Positions 26,266-35,615 of a DNA stretch of 41,308 nt are shown here, piece by piece. The notes under the pieces are model-generated. The model was not told the DNA's origin and ran no database searches. It saw only the letters and a list, made by a program, of their open reading frames with translations. The translations under genes were made by a program, and so were the position numbers. This DNA comes from Anaerolineales bacterium (GTDB lineage Bacteria > Chloroflexota > Anaerolineae > Anaerolineales > DRKV01). The stretch covers positions 1 to 41,308 of the forward strand of contig JAGUYX010000113.1 of assembly GCA_020061145.1 (NCBI GenBank). The letters run 5' to 3'. How positions within the stretch are numbered: the stretch's first letter is position 1; every line of letters starts with the position of its first letter.

Positions 26266-27576
26266 ATGGCTAATCCAACTTTAGAACTGGTTCATGGTTT
26301 GCTTTATGGCAATGGTTTCCGCATTGGCAAGCTTAGTTCCACCGGGCGGGTGTTTGCCACCATACTCGGCAGTCACGGGGACACCATTCCCTTCATGGGT
26401 CCCCAGATTCACGACCACGCGATGACGGTTGCCAGAGTCCCGGCGCGCAAGTATTACTTCGATGCCCGGTTGTTGGTTGACGTGCAGCTGGCTGTAGAAC
26501 GCTGGTATGGCTTTGACACCTATACCATCATCCCTGACGCCTATAACTTTGAAGTCGAAGCTCTGGGCGCCAAAATGATCTACAGCGACGACGCCATGCC
26601 GACCGTCGATACCAATGTGCCGCTGATTAAAGATCGTGCGGACCTGGAAAAAATCGGTACTCTAGACCCATCGAGAGGACGGATTCCGATGGGCGTGGAA
26701 CTGGCCCGTTTGGTCAGCGAAAAGGCCTCCGGTCCATTTGCGATGGGCTTCTTCTGTTCGCCCTTCAGCCTGATTTGCCAGGCGATGGGGTATCCTAAAG
26801 CAGTCCGCGCGCTGAAGCGCGATCGGGCACTTGCACAGGAGTTATTCGACTTTGCCGAAAACCAGGCGATCTTCCCTTACCTGAAAGCGCAATCGGAACA
26901 GCCTGGGGTGAAGCAATCGGCCGGAGCGGATGCCTGGGCTGCATTTCCAAATCTGACACCAGAATTAGTTCAAGAATGGGTGACCCCTTCGGCAAAACGC
27001 CTGGCTGAGCGGGGCAAGCAAGAGCTGAAAATGACGGTCATGGCGGGCCTGGCTGCGGCGGATTATTGTGAAGAAGATCCGGCCAAGTTTGATAAGGAAA
27101 TCATGTTCAAGTGCTGGTCTGTGGCCCGCAATTCCTTTGTGATGGACGTGGCTTTGTCTGCAATGGGCCGCACTCAGGATTGGGACATGCGCTGGCTGCA
27201 AGAGTTTGCTGTACAGCATAGCAAGCTGGGTCGCAAGCTGCCCATTTACGCCTCTCTGAATGGACGCTTTATGCGAGATAGCTCGCCTCAACAAATCGTA
27301 GAAAAAATCAAGGAGTGGATTGATATCATGGGGCGAGATGGGCGCCTGTTGTTCTTCATCGCCAATGTTCCGGCAGATACGCCGCCATTGAATGTGCATA
27401 CCGCCGTCCAGTCCGTCCACACGCTGGGCAGGTACCCGATCGCGAAAGACCTGGCATCGATCAGGAGCGAGCCGCCAGGTTTTCAACCCTTTGACCAATG
27501 GTTGAAGGACCAGCCGGAAGCGGATACCATCTTCAAAGCGCGCGAATGGCAGCCTGAGAAGAAAGTGTTTGCATGA
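26266..27576 (+). CDS. Uroporphyrinogen-decarboxylase-fold (MtaA/CmuA-like) methyltransferase
   Basis: YNFEVEALGAK, GRIP, SPFSL, PADTPPLNVHTAV, in a corrinoid gene context. Confidence 0.75.
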   Translation: MANPTLELVHGLLYGNGFRIGKLSSTGRVFATILGSHGDTIPFMGPQIHDHAMTVARVPARKYYFDARLLVDVQLAVERWYGFDTYTIIPDAYNFEVEALGAKMIYSDDAMPTVDTNVPLIKDRADLEKIGTLDPSRGRIPMGVELARLVSEKASGPFAMGFFCSPFSLICQAMGYPKAVRALKRDRALAQELFDFAENQAIFPYLKAQSEQPGVKQSAGADAWAAFPNLTPELVQEWVTPSAKRLAERGKQELKMTVMAGLAAADYCEEDPAKFDKEIMFKCWSVARNSFVMDVALSAMGRTQDWDMRWLQEFAVQHSKLGRKLPIYASLNGRFMRDSSPQQIVEKIKEWIDIMGRDGRLLFFIANVPADTPPLNVHTAVQSVHTLGRYPIAKDLASIRSEPPGFQPFDQWLKDQPEADTIFKAREWQPEKKVFA

Positions 27577-28433
27577 CGACCAGCTTGAAAGGAACCGGGG
27601 CTCCAATCGAGATTGATCCGGGCGGTCCTATCCGGATCATCGGAGAGCGGATCAACCCCAGCGGAAGGAGCAAGCTCCGACAGGCGTTATTGGACGAGAA
27701 CTGGGATTACATAGCGGCAGAAGCCCGGAAACAGGTCGAGTCTGGAGCCGATATTATCGACGTAAACGTCGGAGGAAAGGGTGTCGATGAGGTTGTAGCG
27801 CTGCCGCAAGCAGTGCGGATTATCTCTGAAGCGGTGGATGTCCCGCTGGCGATCGATACGCGCATCCCGGCTGCATTGGAGGCAGCCCTCGCAGTTTGCC
27901 CCGGCCGCCCGCTGGTCAACTCGATAGGGGGTGAAAAGAAGATATTGGCCGAGAATCTGCCCATTGTTGCGGATCACAGGCTGCCGGTGATCGTTCTCTG
28001 TATGGGTCAGGAAGGGATCCCGAAGGAAGCGGAAGGCCGGCTGATGGTTGCCGGGCAGATCCTGGAAACGGCGGTTCGGGCGGGAATCCGGGAAGAGGAC
28101 GTCGTCTTCGACCCGCTTGTGCTCACGGTCGGGGCTGACGACCAGGCTGCCCGCGTTGCGCTGGAGACCGTAAAACGCTTACGGAAGGAATTTCCCCGGA
28201 ACAACATCACAGGGGGAACCAGCAACGTCAGTTTTGGCATGCCGGATCGCCCTGTGATTAACGCCAGCTTTCTGAGCGCTGCAACGGTTCTAGGGTTGAA
28301 TTTGCCCATCACAGACCCGACCAACGCGCATTTGCGAACAACATTACTGATCGCAGATATTTTCCTCGGGCATGACCGGTACACCAGACGCTTTATGCAA
28401 TACCTTCGCCGGGAGGCTCATACCGAGCCCTGA
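27573..28433 (+). CDS. Pterin-binding methyl-THF:corrinoid methyltransferase (AcsE/MetH pterin-domain-like)
   Basis: IIGERINPSG, GADIIDVNVG, LVNSI, DPLV, SNVSFGMP.R motifs. Confidence 0.88.
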   Translation: MTTSLKGTGAPIEIDPGGPIRIIGERINPSGRSKLRQALLDENWDYIAAEARKQVESGADIIDVNVGGKGVDEVVALPQAVRIISEAVDVPLAIDTRIPAALEAALAVCPGRPLVNSIGGEKKILAENLPIVADHRLPVIVLCMGQEGIPKEAEGRLMVAGQILETAVRAGIREEDVVFDPLVLTVGADDQAARVALETVKRLRKEFPRNNITGGTSNVSFGMPDRPVINASFLSAATVLGLNLPITDPTNAHLRTTLLIADIFLGHDRYTRRFMQYLRREAHTEP

Positions 28434-28576
28434 GACTGTTTAGGATTCTTCTTGCAGAGGTTTTGCTTCCCAGGGCGCCCGGATAACTTGCTTTGGAAAA
28501 CTGAAGAAGCGGCTCTAAGATCTATCCTGGCCGGCAGCCGCAACGATGATCTCGTTGGGAAGCCGGCTCTGTCAGT

Positions 28577-29599
28577 TCAGGGCCTGCGTACACCTGTCCG
28601 GAAAGCACGCCAGGCAACAAAACTCGCCAATGCCAGGCCAATCAGATAGACCGGCTGTTCCCGGAGCATGAATGGGGGCGATTCAGGCGGAGTGGGACGA
28701 TGACGTGGACGACCTGCAAAGAGCCAATCCCAGTGTGGTTGCAGCGTCTCTTTCAGCGCAGGCAGAACAGGACGGGTGGCTTCTTCTCCTCGCGCGATGA
28801 GTTCGGCAACGCGGTTGTATCCGGTCAAGACGTTAACCTCGGCAGGAATGTCCGGCCTGACCAGGAACTCAGGGGGAGCATTCTGTAATTTGTATGCGCG
28901 TTGCTGGCGGACCAACACGTCGAGCGAATCACCCAGGGTCGCGATCAGACCGCCTATCGTACCGGAGTGGGGCTTCAGGTGGTCGGGAGCCTGCCAGGTT
29001 GAATCGTCTTGCCAATCCACATCAACTCCCAGGATAACATCGGCGCCCATCTGGCGGGCTGCATCGACAGGCAGGTTATTCAACAGGCCGCCATCCACCA
29101 GGCGCATGCCGCCCTGCACGACAGGCGCTAACAAGCCGGGAACGGAAACTGTGGCGCGTAATGCCTGGGCCACCGAACCTTCCCGTAGACAGACTTCCTG
29201 GCCCGTGTTCAAATCCACGGCGATTAGAGTAAGGGGGATTTGCAACTCTGCGAAGGTGCGTCCTTGAAGATACTGCTCAAAGAAAGCCATTAAACGCTCG
29301 CCGCGGAAGATTCCCTGTTGGGGAAGGGAAAGGTCGGCCAGCCGCAGGAGATTACGTGTCCGGGAAGTGTCGGCGGCTATCTGCTCGATCTCGTCTGGCT
29401 TCAGGCCAGCAGCGTACGCGGCAGCAATCACGCCGCCCATGCTGGTGCCGGCCAGATAATCTGGCTGGATACCGGCTTCTTCCAAGGTTTTGAGCACGCC
29501 AATATGCGCCAGGCCGCGAGCGCCTCCGCCGCTCAGCGCCAGGCCAAGACGCGGTTTACGCCGCAGGCTCAGTTTCACTCTGTCGAAAAATCTGTTCAT
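28577..29599 (-). CDS. Patatin-like phospholipase
   Basis: LSGGGARG, GTSMG and DGG motifs. Confidence 0.92.
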   Translation of the reverse strand: MNRFFDRVKLSLRRKPRLGLALSGGGARGLAHIGVLKTLEEAGIQPDYLAGTSMGGVIAAAYAAGLKPDEIEQIAADTSRTRNLLRLADLSLPQQGIFRGERLMAFFEQYLQGRTFAELQIPLTLIAVDLNTGQEVCLREGSVAQALRATVSVPGLLAPVVQGGMRLVDGGLLNNLPVDAARQMGADVILGVDVDWQDDSTWQAPDHLKPHSGTIGGLIATLGDSLDVLVRQQRAYKLQNAPPEFLVRPDIPAEVNVLTGYNRVAELIARGEEATRPVLPALKETLQPHWDWLFAGRPRHRPTPPESPPFMLREQPVYLIGLALASFVAWRAFRTGVRRP

Positions 29600-29780
29600 G
29601 ATACACCTTAATCGCCTCAAGCAAATGTTCACGTTGGAAATCCGGCCATAGCACCGGCGTGTACCAAAAGACAGAGGTCGCGGTGCGCCAGAGAAGAAAG
29701 TTGCTCAACCGCCATTCGCCGCTGGCGCGGATTACCAGGTCGGCGTCGGGCGTTTCGGGCAGGTACAGATAACGGGCGAA
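29556..29780 (-). pseudogene. uppS: 3' fragment of undecaprenyl diphosphate synthase (cis-prenyltransferase)
   Basis: YLYLPETPDADLVIRASGEWRLSNFLLW...VLWPDF..EHLLEAI..Y matches the UppS C-terminal signature. The N-terminal part is missing. Confidence 0.75.
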
Positions 29781-30531
29781 AGTTACGCCGACCCCGGCGG
29801 GGAATCGCAACCGGCGCGTGGTGCCCAAAGCGATATTCGCCGAGATAGCGATCTAACAGAGCTTGATTGAAAGAATTTCCCATCATTTGATTGATCGCCA
29901 GGAAGGAGTAACGCGCCGCCACATTCCAGCGACCGTCGGTTTCCAACCGGCGGATCGATACGGGGATCGGCACGTGCAAAATGCCAAACCGGCATCCTTG
30001 AGCGACCATACGGCGGACGTAGTCGTGGTCTTCAGACAGATACAAAGCTTCGTCAAATCCGCCGATGCCCGCGTGTGCTTGCCTGTGGCTCAAAATACAG
30101 AAGCCTGGGGCATGTGGATTGAACGGGCGTGTTGCTTGAATAAATACGTTGGCTGCCTCATGGAAGATAGCGTCGGCAAGGCTGCCTCCCAGAGGCTGAA
30201 CCGGACTGGTCGCAACATCCAGGCCACGGCGGTCGAATTCCTCCAGAGCACGCGCCAGGAAATCGGGCTCAGGGAGCACGCCGGCGTCGAGGAATAAGAG
30301 AATATCGCCCAGGGCGGCCGCTGCGCCGGCATTGCGCCCACGCGCCGGCCTGCCGCCAGGTACCACCCGGCATCCCGCTTGAAGGGCGATTTCGACCGTC
30401 CGGTCGGAGGATCCGGCGTCGGCGACGATCACCTCCAGCGGAGGGCGGGTCTGTTGGCGAATGGCTTCCAACAAACCCGGAAGATAGGCTTCTTCGTTGA
30501 GCGCAGGGATAATAATTGAGACGGTTTTCAT
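29629..30531 (-). CDS. Glycosyltransferase family 2 (C-terminal tail probably spurious)
   Basis: SIIIPALNEE, VADAGSSDRT, RNAGA, FLDAG (canonical DxD altered), GGFDE, EDHD. Confidence 0.85.
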   Translation of the reverse strand: MKTVSIIIPALNEEAYLPGLLEAIRQQTRPPLEVIVADAGSSDRTVEIALQAGCRVVPGGRPARGRNAGAAAALGDILLFLDAGVLPEPDFLARALEEFDRRGLDVATSPVQPLGGSLADAIFHEAANVFIQATRPFNPHAPGFCILSHRQAHAGIGGFDEALYLSEDHDYVRRMVAQGCRFGILHVPIPVSIRRLETDGRWNVAARYSFLAINQMMGNSFNQALLDRYLGEYRFGHHAPVAIPRRGRRNFRPLSVPARNARRRPGNPRQRRMAVEQLSSLAHRDLCLLVHAGAMAGFPT

Positions 30532-30534
30532 CGT

Positions 30535-31380
30535 TTACTCGACGTACAGGGCCAGGCCGATCGTGCCCGGTCCAACGTGGGTGCCGATCACGGGGCTGAG
30601 TTCAAACGTATAGAGCTGGTCACATTTGAGGCGTTCAGCCAGACGCGATTGAAATTCCGCAGCCTCTTCTGGGGCATTGGCATGCATCACCCCAACGTGG
30701 ACGGAATTGCTGCCTGCTTTTTCTTCCGACAGCTCGACCAGGCGTGCAAGAGCTTTCCGACTGGTGCGAACACGCTCCAGGGCGTCAATTTTGCCTTCTC
30801 CGTCGAAAAACAGGACCGGCTTGATGTTGAGCGCTGAACCAAGGTAGCGAGATGCACCGCCAATGCGCCCCCCTTTGTGCAGGTATTTCAACGTATCCAC
30901 CGCGAAGAAGACGTGCAGTTTCCGGACGACCTCTCGGGCGATTTGGGTGACCTCGGGCAGACTGCGACCCTGCTCGACGGCACGGGCGGCAGCCAGCACG
31001 ACCAATGCCAGCCCGGCTGAGGTGGAATGAGTATCTACGACCTCCACAGGCACCTTTGTAAACTCAGCCGACGCGGCCAGGGCCGAAGCCACCGTGCCGC
31101 TGATCCCGGAAGAGATCAAAGGCACGAGGATACCCTCGTAGCGAGCGGACAGTCGATCGAAGACCTGGAGGAAGTCGTGCATGGAGGGCTGCGAAGTGCT
31201 GGGTAGAGTGGAACTGGTTGCCAGGCGGGCATAAAACTCCACCGGGGTGATATCTACCCCATCCACCAGGGTTTCCTCGCCCCAATGGAGTTTGAGCGGT
31301 ATGACGTGGATATCATGGCGCTCAAGCAGATCTGGAGGCAGGTACGCGGAACTGTCGGTCAAGATAGCAATGCGGGACAT
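30535..31380 (-). CDS. DegV-family fatty-acid-binding protein
   Basis: IAILTDSS, STSQPS, ISSGISGT, YLHKGGRIG, IGTHVGPG. GGAG RBS before ATG 31380. Confidence 0.94.
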   Translation of the reverse strand: MSRIAILTDSSAYLPPDLLERHDIHVIPLKLHWGEETLVDGVDITPVEFYARLATSSTLPSTSQPSMHDFLQVFDRLSARYEGILVPLISSGISGTVASALAASAEFTKVPVEVVDTHSTSAGLALVVLAAARAVEQGRSLPEVTQIAREVVRKLHVFFAVDTLKYLHKGGRIGGASRYLGSALNIKPVLFFDGEGKIDALERVRTSRKALARLVELSEEKAGSNSVHVGVMHANAPEEAAEFQSRLAERLKCDQLYTFELSPVIGTHVGPGTIGLALYVE

Positions 31381-31426
31381 GAGGGTCTCCTTTGTCGAAA
31401 ATAACGAAAAAATTCGATAAAAAAAC

Positions 31427-32134
31427 TTATTCGGCGAGGATGCTCGCCACCTCCCGCGCAAAATCGCTCAGCCGCAGGTGGTTCTCCTCATTGAGTTTCG
31501 CGAGCATCGTCTCGTACCTGCCTACCTGAGCCAGAAGCAGGGTGGAGAGGCGGCGATTGACGCGTTCCAGGAGGGAAAGCGCCATGCTGACGCCGCCCAG
31601 TGCGTTGAGGCCGATTTCGCCGGGGAGGCCAATGCGCCGCAGGCGTTCCATCAGCTTGTATGCTCCTGGGGTTTCCTGGACAGAGGCCAGGGTAAGGATC
31701 ATGGCCGTGATGATTTCGGTCGCATAAATCAACGGGGAATGGCGCTCAGGGAGGCGCGCCAGCAGGTCGGAGAGCAACGCTTCGTAGCCGCCGGCCTTCC
31801 CTTCCCGGAGCTGTTTCAGGATAAATTCTTTGACGGCCCGCCAATCATCGAGTTCGGCTGTTTCCCCGGCCAGCTCGTTGATCAGACGGGAGGCTTCTTG
31901 CGTTGGATAGAACAGGACCATTGAACGGCCCGGCCCGCGTTGATCCGGATCCAGATGGTACTCCGCCCGCACAAGCCCGCGTTCTTCCAGCAGGCGGAGC
32001 ATTTCGTAGGCGGTGACGTTTCCAATACCCAACCGTTCAGCCACTGCGACGTAGTGCACAGGCCGGTCCATATCCCGGTAGACGTCCAGAAACTGGCTCA
32101 GGAACTGTTGTTGGCGGTAAGTGAGTTTCTTCAT
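31427..32134 (-). CDS. Winged-helix transcriptional regulator
   Basis: LTYRQQQFL...VHYVAVAERLGIGNVTAYEMLRLLEERGLV. Confidence 0.75.
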   Translation of the reverse strand: MKKLTYRQQQFLSQFLDVYRDMDRPVHYVAVAERLGIGNVTAYEMLRLLEERGLVRAEYHLDPDQRGPGRSMVLFYPTQEASRLINELAGETAELDDWRAVKEFILKQLREGKAGGYEALLSDLLARLPERHSPLIYATEIITAMILTLASVQETPGAYKLMERLRRIGLPGEIGLNALGGVSMALSLLERVNRRLSTLLLAQVGRYETMLAKLNEENHLRLSDFAREVASILAE

Positions 32135-32158
32135 AAAAACCCGAAAATTCCGAAATAA

Positions 32159-32520
32159 TTATACACGACCCGCGCAGGCGGTGTCAACCCCGGTGCTAGG
32201 CGCATCAGCGCGCCATCGCCGGCGAATGGCGGCCATGGCCAGCTCCGGATAACGGTTAAGCAAATCCAGCGCCACTTCACGCTTGAGCGCCAGTAACTCC
32301 ACCGGCTCCAGGGTCAATACCGTCCCCGGGTAAGGCGCTCCGGCGAAAATCGCCACGCCGCCAAATATTTCACCCGACCGTAGAAATAACATGGCCTCCC
32401 CGCGTCCGGAGGGTGAGATGCGGATGGACTTCACCCGGCCAGAGAAAAAATCAGATAACTTCTCTGCCGGTTCATCTTCCGGGAAGATTACCTGGCCGGC
32501 ATTAAACCGCAGCTCTTGGT
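32159..32520 (-). pseudogene. Frameshifted/truncated Crp/Fnr cNMP-domain remnant
   Basis: FNAGQVIFPEDEPAEKL, a frameshift, then GRVKSIRISPSGR...GEIFGGVAIF...YP. No HTH. Confidence 0.7.
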
Positions 32521-32574
32521 CAGGTTTTCTACTTCAATTGCGGTATGCATAATTGTTATTTCTTTCTGCTGTCC

Positions 32575-33399
32575 TCAGACTCCCAGGCCACGGAGCAAAG
32601 CGCCGACGACATAGGCTACTCCCGCTGCCAGCCCGCCGACCAGCAGCATTTCCAGCCCGCTGCGCCAGGGGTTGAGCTGGGTGACCAGCACCTTGGCTGC
32701 CCCCAACCCGAACAAGGCCAGTCCAGATAAGCCCAGCGCTATGGGGAAGGAATAGTTAGCCGGCAGGGGAATAAACAACCCCACAAGATAGATCAACAGG
32801 GGGATAGCTCCGGCGAAGACAAAGGCTCCCAGGGTTGCCAGGGCGCTCCATAAGGGTTTGCGTTCGTCAGGCAACATGCCCAGCTCGTCGACCATCATGG
32901 CATCCACCCAGCGTTCCGGGTCGCGTGCCTGGATTTCCACCAGTTGGCGGGCGTCTTCCGGGGAGTAGCCGCGCTCGAGGTAAATCTCCTGCAATTCGGC
33001 CCATTCACCCTCCGGAAAGTGCTCCACTTCCCAGGTTTCGCGCTGGCGCTCCCGCTGGTAATATTCCTGATCGCTCCTGGTGGAGAGATACGCCCCGGTT
33101 GCCATGGAAAATCCATCGGCGAACAGGTTAGCCAGGCCCAGGATCAGGATGATATTACTGCCTAACTGGGCGCCCGCCACACCGCTCACCACGGCAAAGG
33201 TGGTCACGATGCCATCCAATCCGCCATAAACCATGTCTCCCAGGTACAGGCTGCTGGCTCCGCCATGCTGTTCCAAGGTGGAATGCCTGGCGGCTGCTTT
33301 GATGATTTCCGGATCGTGCGCCCGGGCAGATGATTGAAGATCTCCCCGCCGGAAGGCTTCACGTGCCTGTTCTAATCGTTTGCTTAAGCTCATTGTCAT
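32575..33399 (-). CDS. VIT1/CCC1 family Fe/Mn transporter
   Basis: VYGGLDGIVTTFAVVSG, ANLFADGFSMATG, and an ERETWE acidic segment. Confidence 0.93.
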   Translation of the reverse strand: MTMSLSKRLEQAREAFRRGDLQSSARAHDPEIIKAAARHSTLEQHGGASSLYLGDMVYGGLDGIVTTFAVVSGVAGAQLGSNIILILGLANLFADGFSMATGAYLSTRSDQEYYQRERQRETWEVEHFPEGEWAELQEIYLERGYSPEDARQLVEIQARDPERWVDAMMVDELGMLPDERKPLWSALATLGAFVFAGAIPLLIYLVGLFIPLPANYSFPIALGLSGLALFGLGAAKVLVTQLNPWRSGLEMLLVGGLAAGVAYVVGALLRGLGV

Positions 33400-33546
33400 C
33401 CCTTTCTTTGCTTTTTTGTGTGCTAAATTTTATCGGAAGAATCCCTTCGCCATGGCGGCCGTTACCACGAAAAACCATAAGCGGCCCAATTGCTGCGTCA
33501 GGCTGGCGGCGCAGGTAACTCAGTAAACGTATGTTAATGCCCGGTT

Positions 33547-34242
33547 TCAGGCAAAAGTATCGATCGGGCCGGGCTTTAACAGCCGGTAAATCAGGCCTAT
33601 TCCAAAACCGGCGGCAAACCCGCCGATATGCGCCCAGTAAGCGACTCCGCCTGTTGCGGCTGTTTCAACACCCAGGGAGCCAAGACCGCTGAAGAATTGC
33701 ATAATAAACCAGAATCCGATGTAAAGCAATGCAGAAATCCGCGTTGTGCGGCTTAATGGACCCAGGAAGAAAAACACTCTGACCCGCCCTTTCGGGAATA
33801 ACAGCAGGTAGGCGCCAAGCATTCCGGCGATGGCTCCACTGGCGCCCACGTTGGGAATCTGGGATCCCGGGTTTACATATACCTGGACAAGACTCGCCAG
33901 CAGACCGGCAGCCAGATAAAACACCAGGTAACGGAAGTGCCCTAACCGGTCTTCGATGTTGTCGCCAAAAGCCAGTAAATACAGCATGTTAAAACCGACG
34001 TGCATCAGGCTGCCATGCACGAACATGGCGGTTAACAGGGTATAAAGCGATTGCCCGTTGCTGATCTGCGCCGGCACAAAACCGAAATTCAGGATGAAGG
34101 CGTCTAACGCCTGCTCGCTCCCGTTGAACAGCAGGCTAAATTCAAACAGGAACACCAGGCTGTTGAGCGCCACCAGCATGGTGGTGACGAACGGGAATTT
34201 CTGGCGGGGTATGGCTTCTTCAGTGCCAACCGGGATAAACAT
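33547..34242 (-). CDS. Rhomboid intramembrane serine protease
   Basis: AMFVHG..HVGFNM, FGDNIED, GASG and AHIGGF motifs. Confidence 0.94.
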   Translation of the reverse strand: MFIPVGTEEAIPRQKFPFVTTMLVALNSLVFLFEFSLLFNGSEQALDAFILNFGFVPAQISNGQSLYTLLTAMFVHGSLMHVGFNMLYLLAFGDNIEDRLGHFRYLVFYLAAGLLASLVQVYVNPGSQIPNVGASGAIAGMLGAYLLLFPKGRVRVFFFLGPLSRTTRISALLYIGFWFIMQFFSGLGSLGVETAATGGVAYWAHIGGFAAGFGIGLIYRLLKPGPIDTFA

Positions 34243-34586
34243 GATTTTCTCTCCGCTTCTGGCTCGGCGCCTGCAAAATTTACATTCACCGTCATCCCCG
34301 GTCTGATCTGTTTGCGGCGTTTTTTGATTACATTTATTCTATCTGCTTCTGCGATAGTTTGCACCTCCACCGGCTCGCAGGAACAGTAACGCCTGCGATC
34401 CGGGAATCTGGTTGGCGAAACCCGGTCGTATTTTCAGCCAACGGCGGAAGGAAGCGCTTCGGTTGTGAATTTGCCGGGGATTATCCGGAAAGCGGAAAAT
34501 GAAAGATTGCCAATGAAATCAAAGAAACAACCCTGCACCGCCAACAGTAACGCAAAGACACCTTCCGTTTGTCCTGACTGGGAAGG

Positions 34587-34928
34587 TCAGCAGGCGGTTG
34601 AAGTCCGGCGTGGCATGGATATTTTTACGCGTGAGGGAACCCCGCCGGCAAACACGCCGATTTCGTTGAATACCTCGCCCGGTCCGGCAAAGCGGATCAC
34701 CTGTTCGCGCCCACTCGGCGAGATTTTGACCGATTTTAGCCAGCCCTGTTCAATAAAATATAAGCCGGCGCAGGGTTCGCCTTCTAAAAAGACGACCTGA
34801 CCGGCTTCGTACTCCCGGCGAATGGCTGAAGTGGCGATTAACCCCAGTGTCTCAGCGTCTAATCCTTCAAAAGCAGGTATGGAACTGAGTTGAAGATGGC
34901 CGGCGTGTTTTAACGCTGGTTTTGGCAT
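34587..34928 (-). pseudogene. C-terminally truncated Crp/Fnr regulator
   Basis: IPAFEGLD...YEAGQVVFLEGEP..LYFIEQG.LK..KISPSGREQ...GPGEVFNE, then abrupt loss of similarity. Confidence 0.72.
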
Positions 34929-35116
34929 GCCCCAACCTGTGCAGTGATTCTGCTACCATCATTATAGCCATGAAAACCGATTCTGCGCCTGCGCGGTTTG
35001 GGCAAATATGCACTCAGATCGCTGATTGGGTTAAGGCTGAATACCGCAACTGCTTCCGCCGCTACCCTGCCCCTGGGGGATAAGCCCGTTAGAAGCCATC
35101 CGGGAGAGCACAGCCC

Positions 35117-35377
35117 TCACCGGCGGCGGATGAGCTTGACAACCGCCAGCAGGATGACGGCGCCCACAAGCGAGACCAGCAGGGCTGGTAAGCTGAAGTC
35201 ATTCTGGTTGATCGTGCCAACCCCCAACAGCGGGGTGAGGAACCACCCTGCGAGGACCGCACCAATGACTCCCACTACGATATCGAGGAGTAAACCTTGC
35301 TGTCCACTGGTGCCCATGATCCGGCTGGCTAGCCAGCCGATTACTGCCCCTGCAATAAGCCATAGTATGATGTTCAT
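35117..35377 (-). CDS. GlsB/YeaQ/YmgE family membrane protein
   Basis: ILWLIAGAVIGWLAS.IM...DIVVGVIGA..GW. Confidence 0.92.
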   Translation of the reverse strand: MNIILWLIAGAVIGWLASRIMGTSGQQGLLLDIVVGVIGAVLAGWFLTPLLGVGTINQNDFSLPALLVSLVGAVILLAVVKLIRRR

Positions 35378-35615
35378 ATATTATTCTCCCGATCTTCCTG
35401 AATTTTTATAGAAAAGCTGCCCCAGATCACGCCGGCGCTCGGGGCAGCGAAGTGCGCCGGTTTTCAAACCACTTCTTCGCCTTGAGACTTTCCCCGGTCT
35501 GGATGAACCGGTGGTGTCATCTCTTGAATTTATTCTACGATAGAGAGCCTTTAGGCGTATCCATCTGCCAGGGGATATTTGTCTCCACCAGTTGGGGGAA
35601 ATTTATTGGGTGGAA

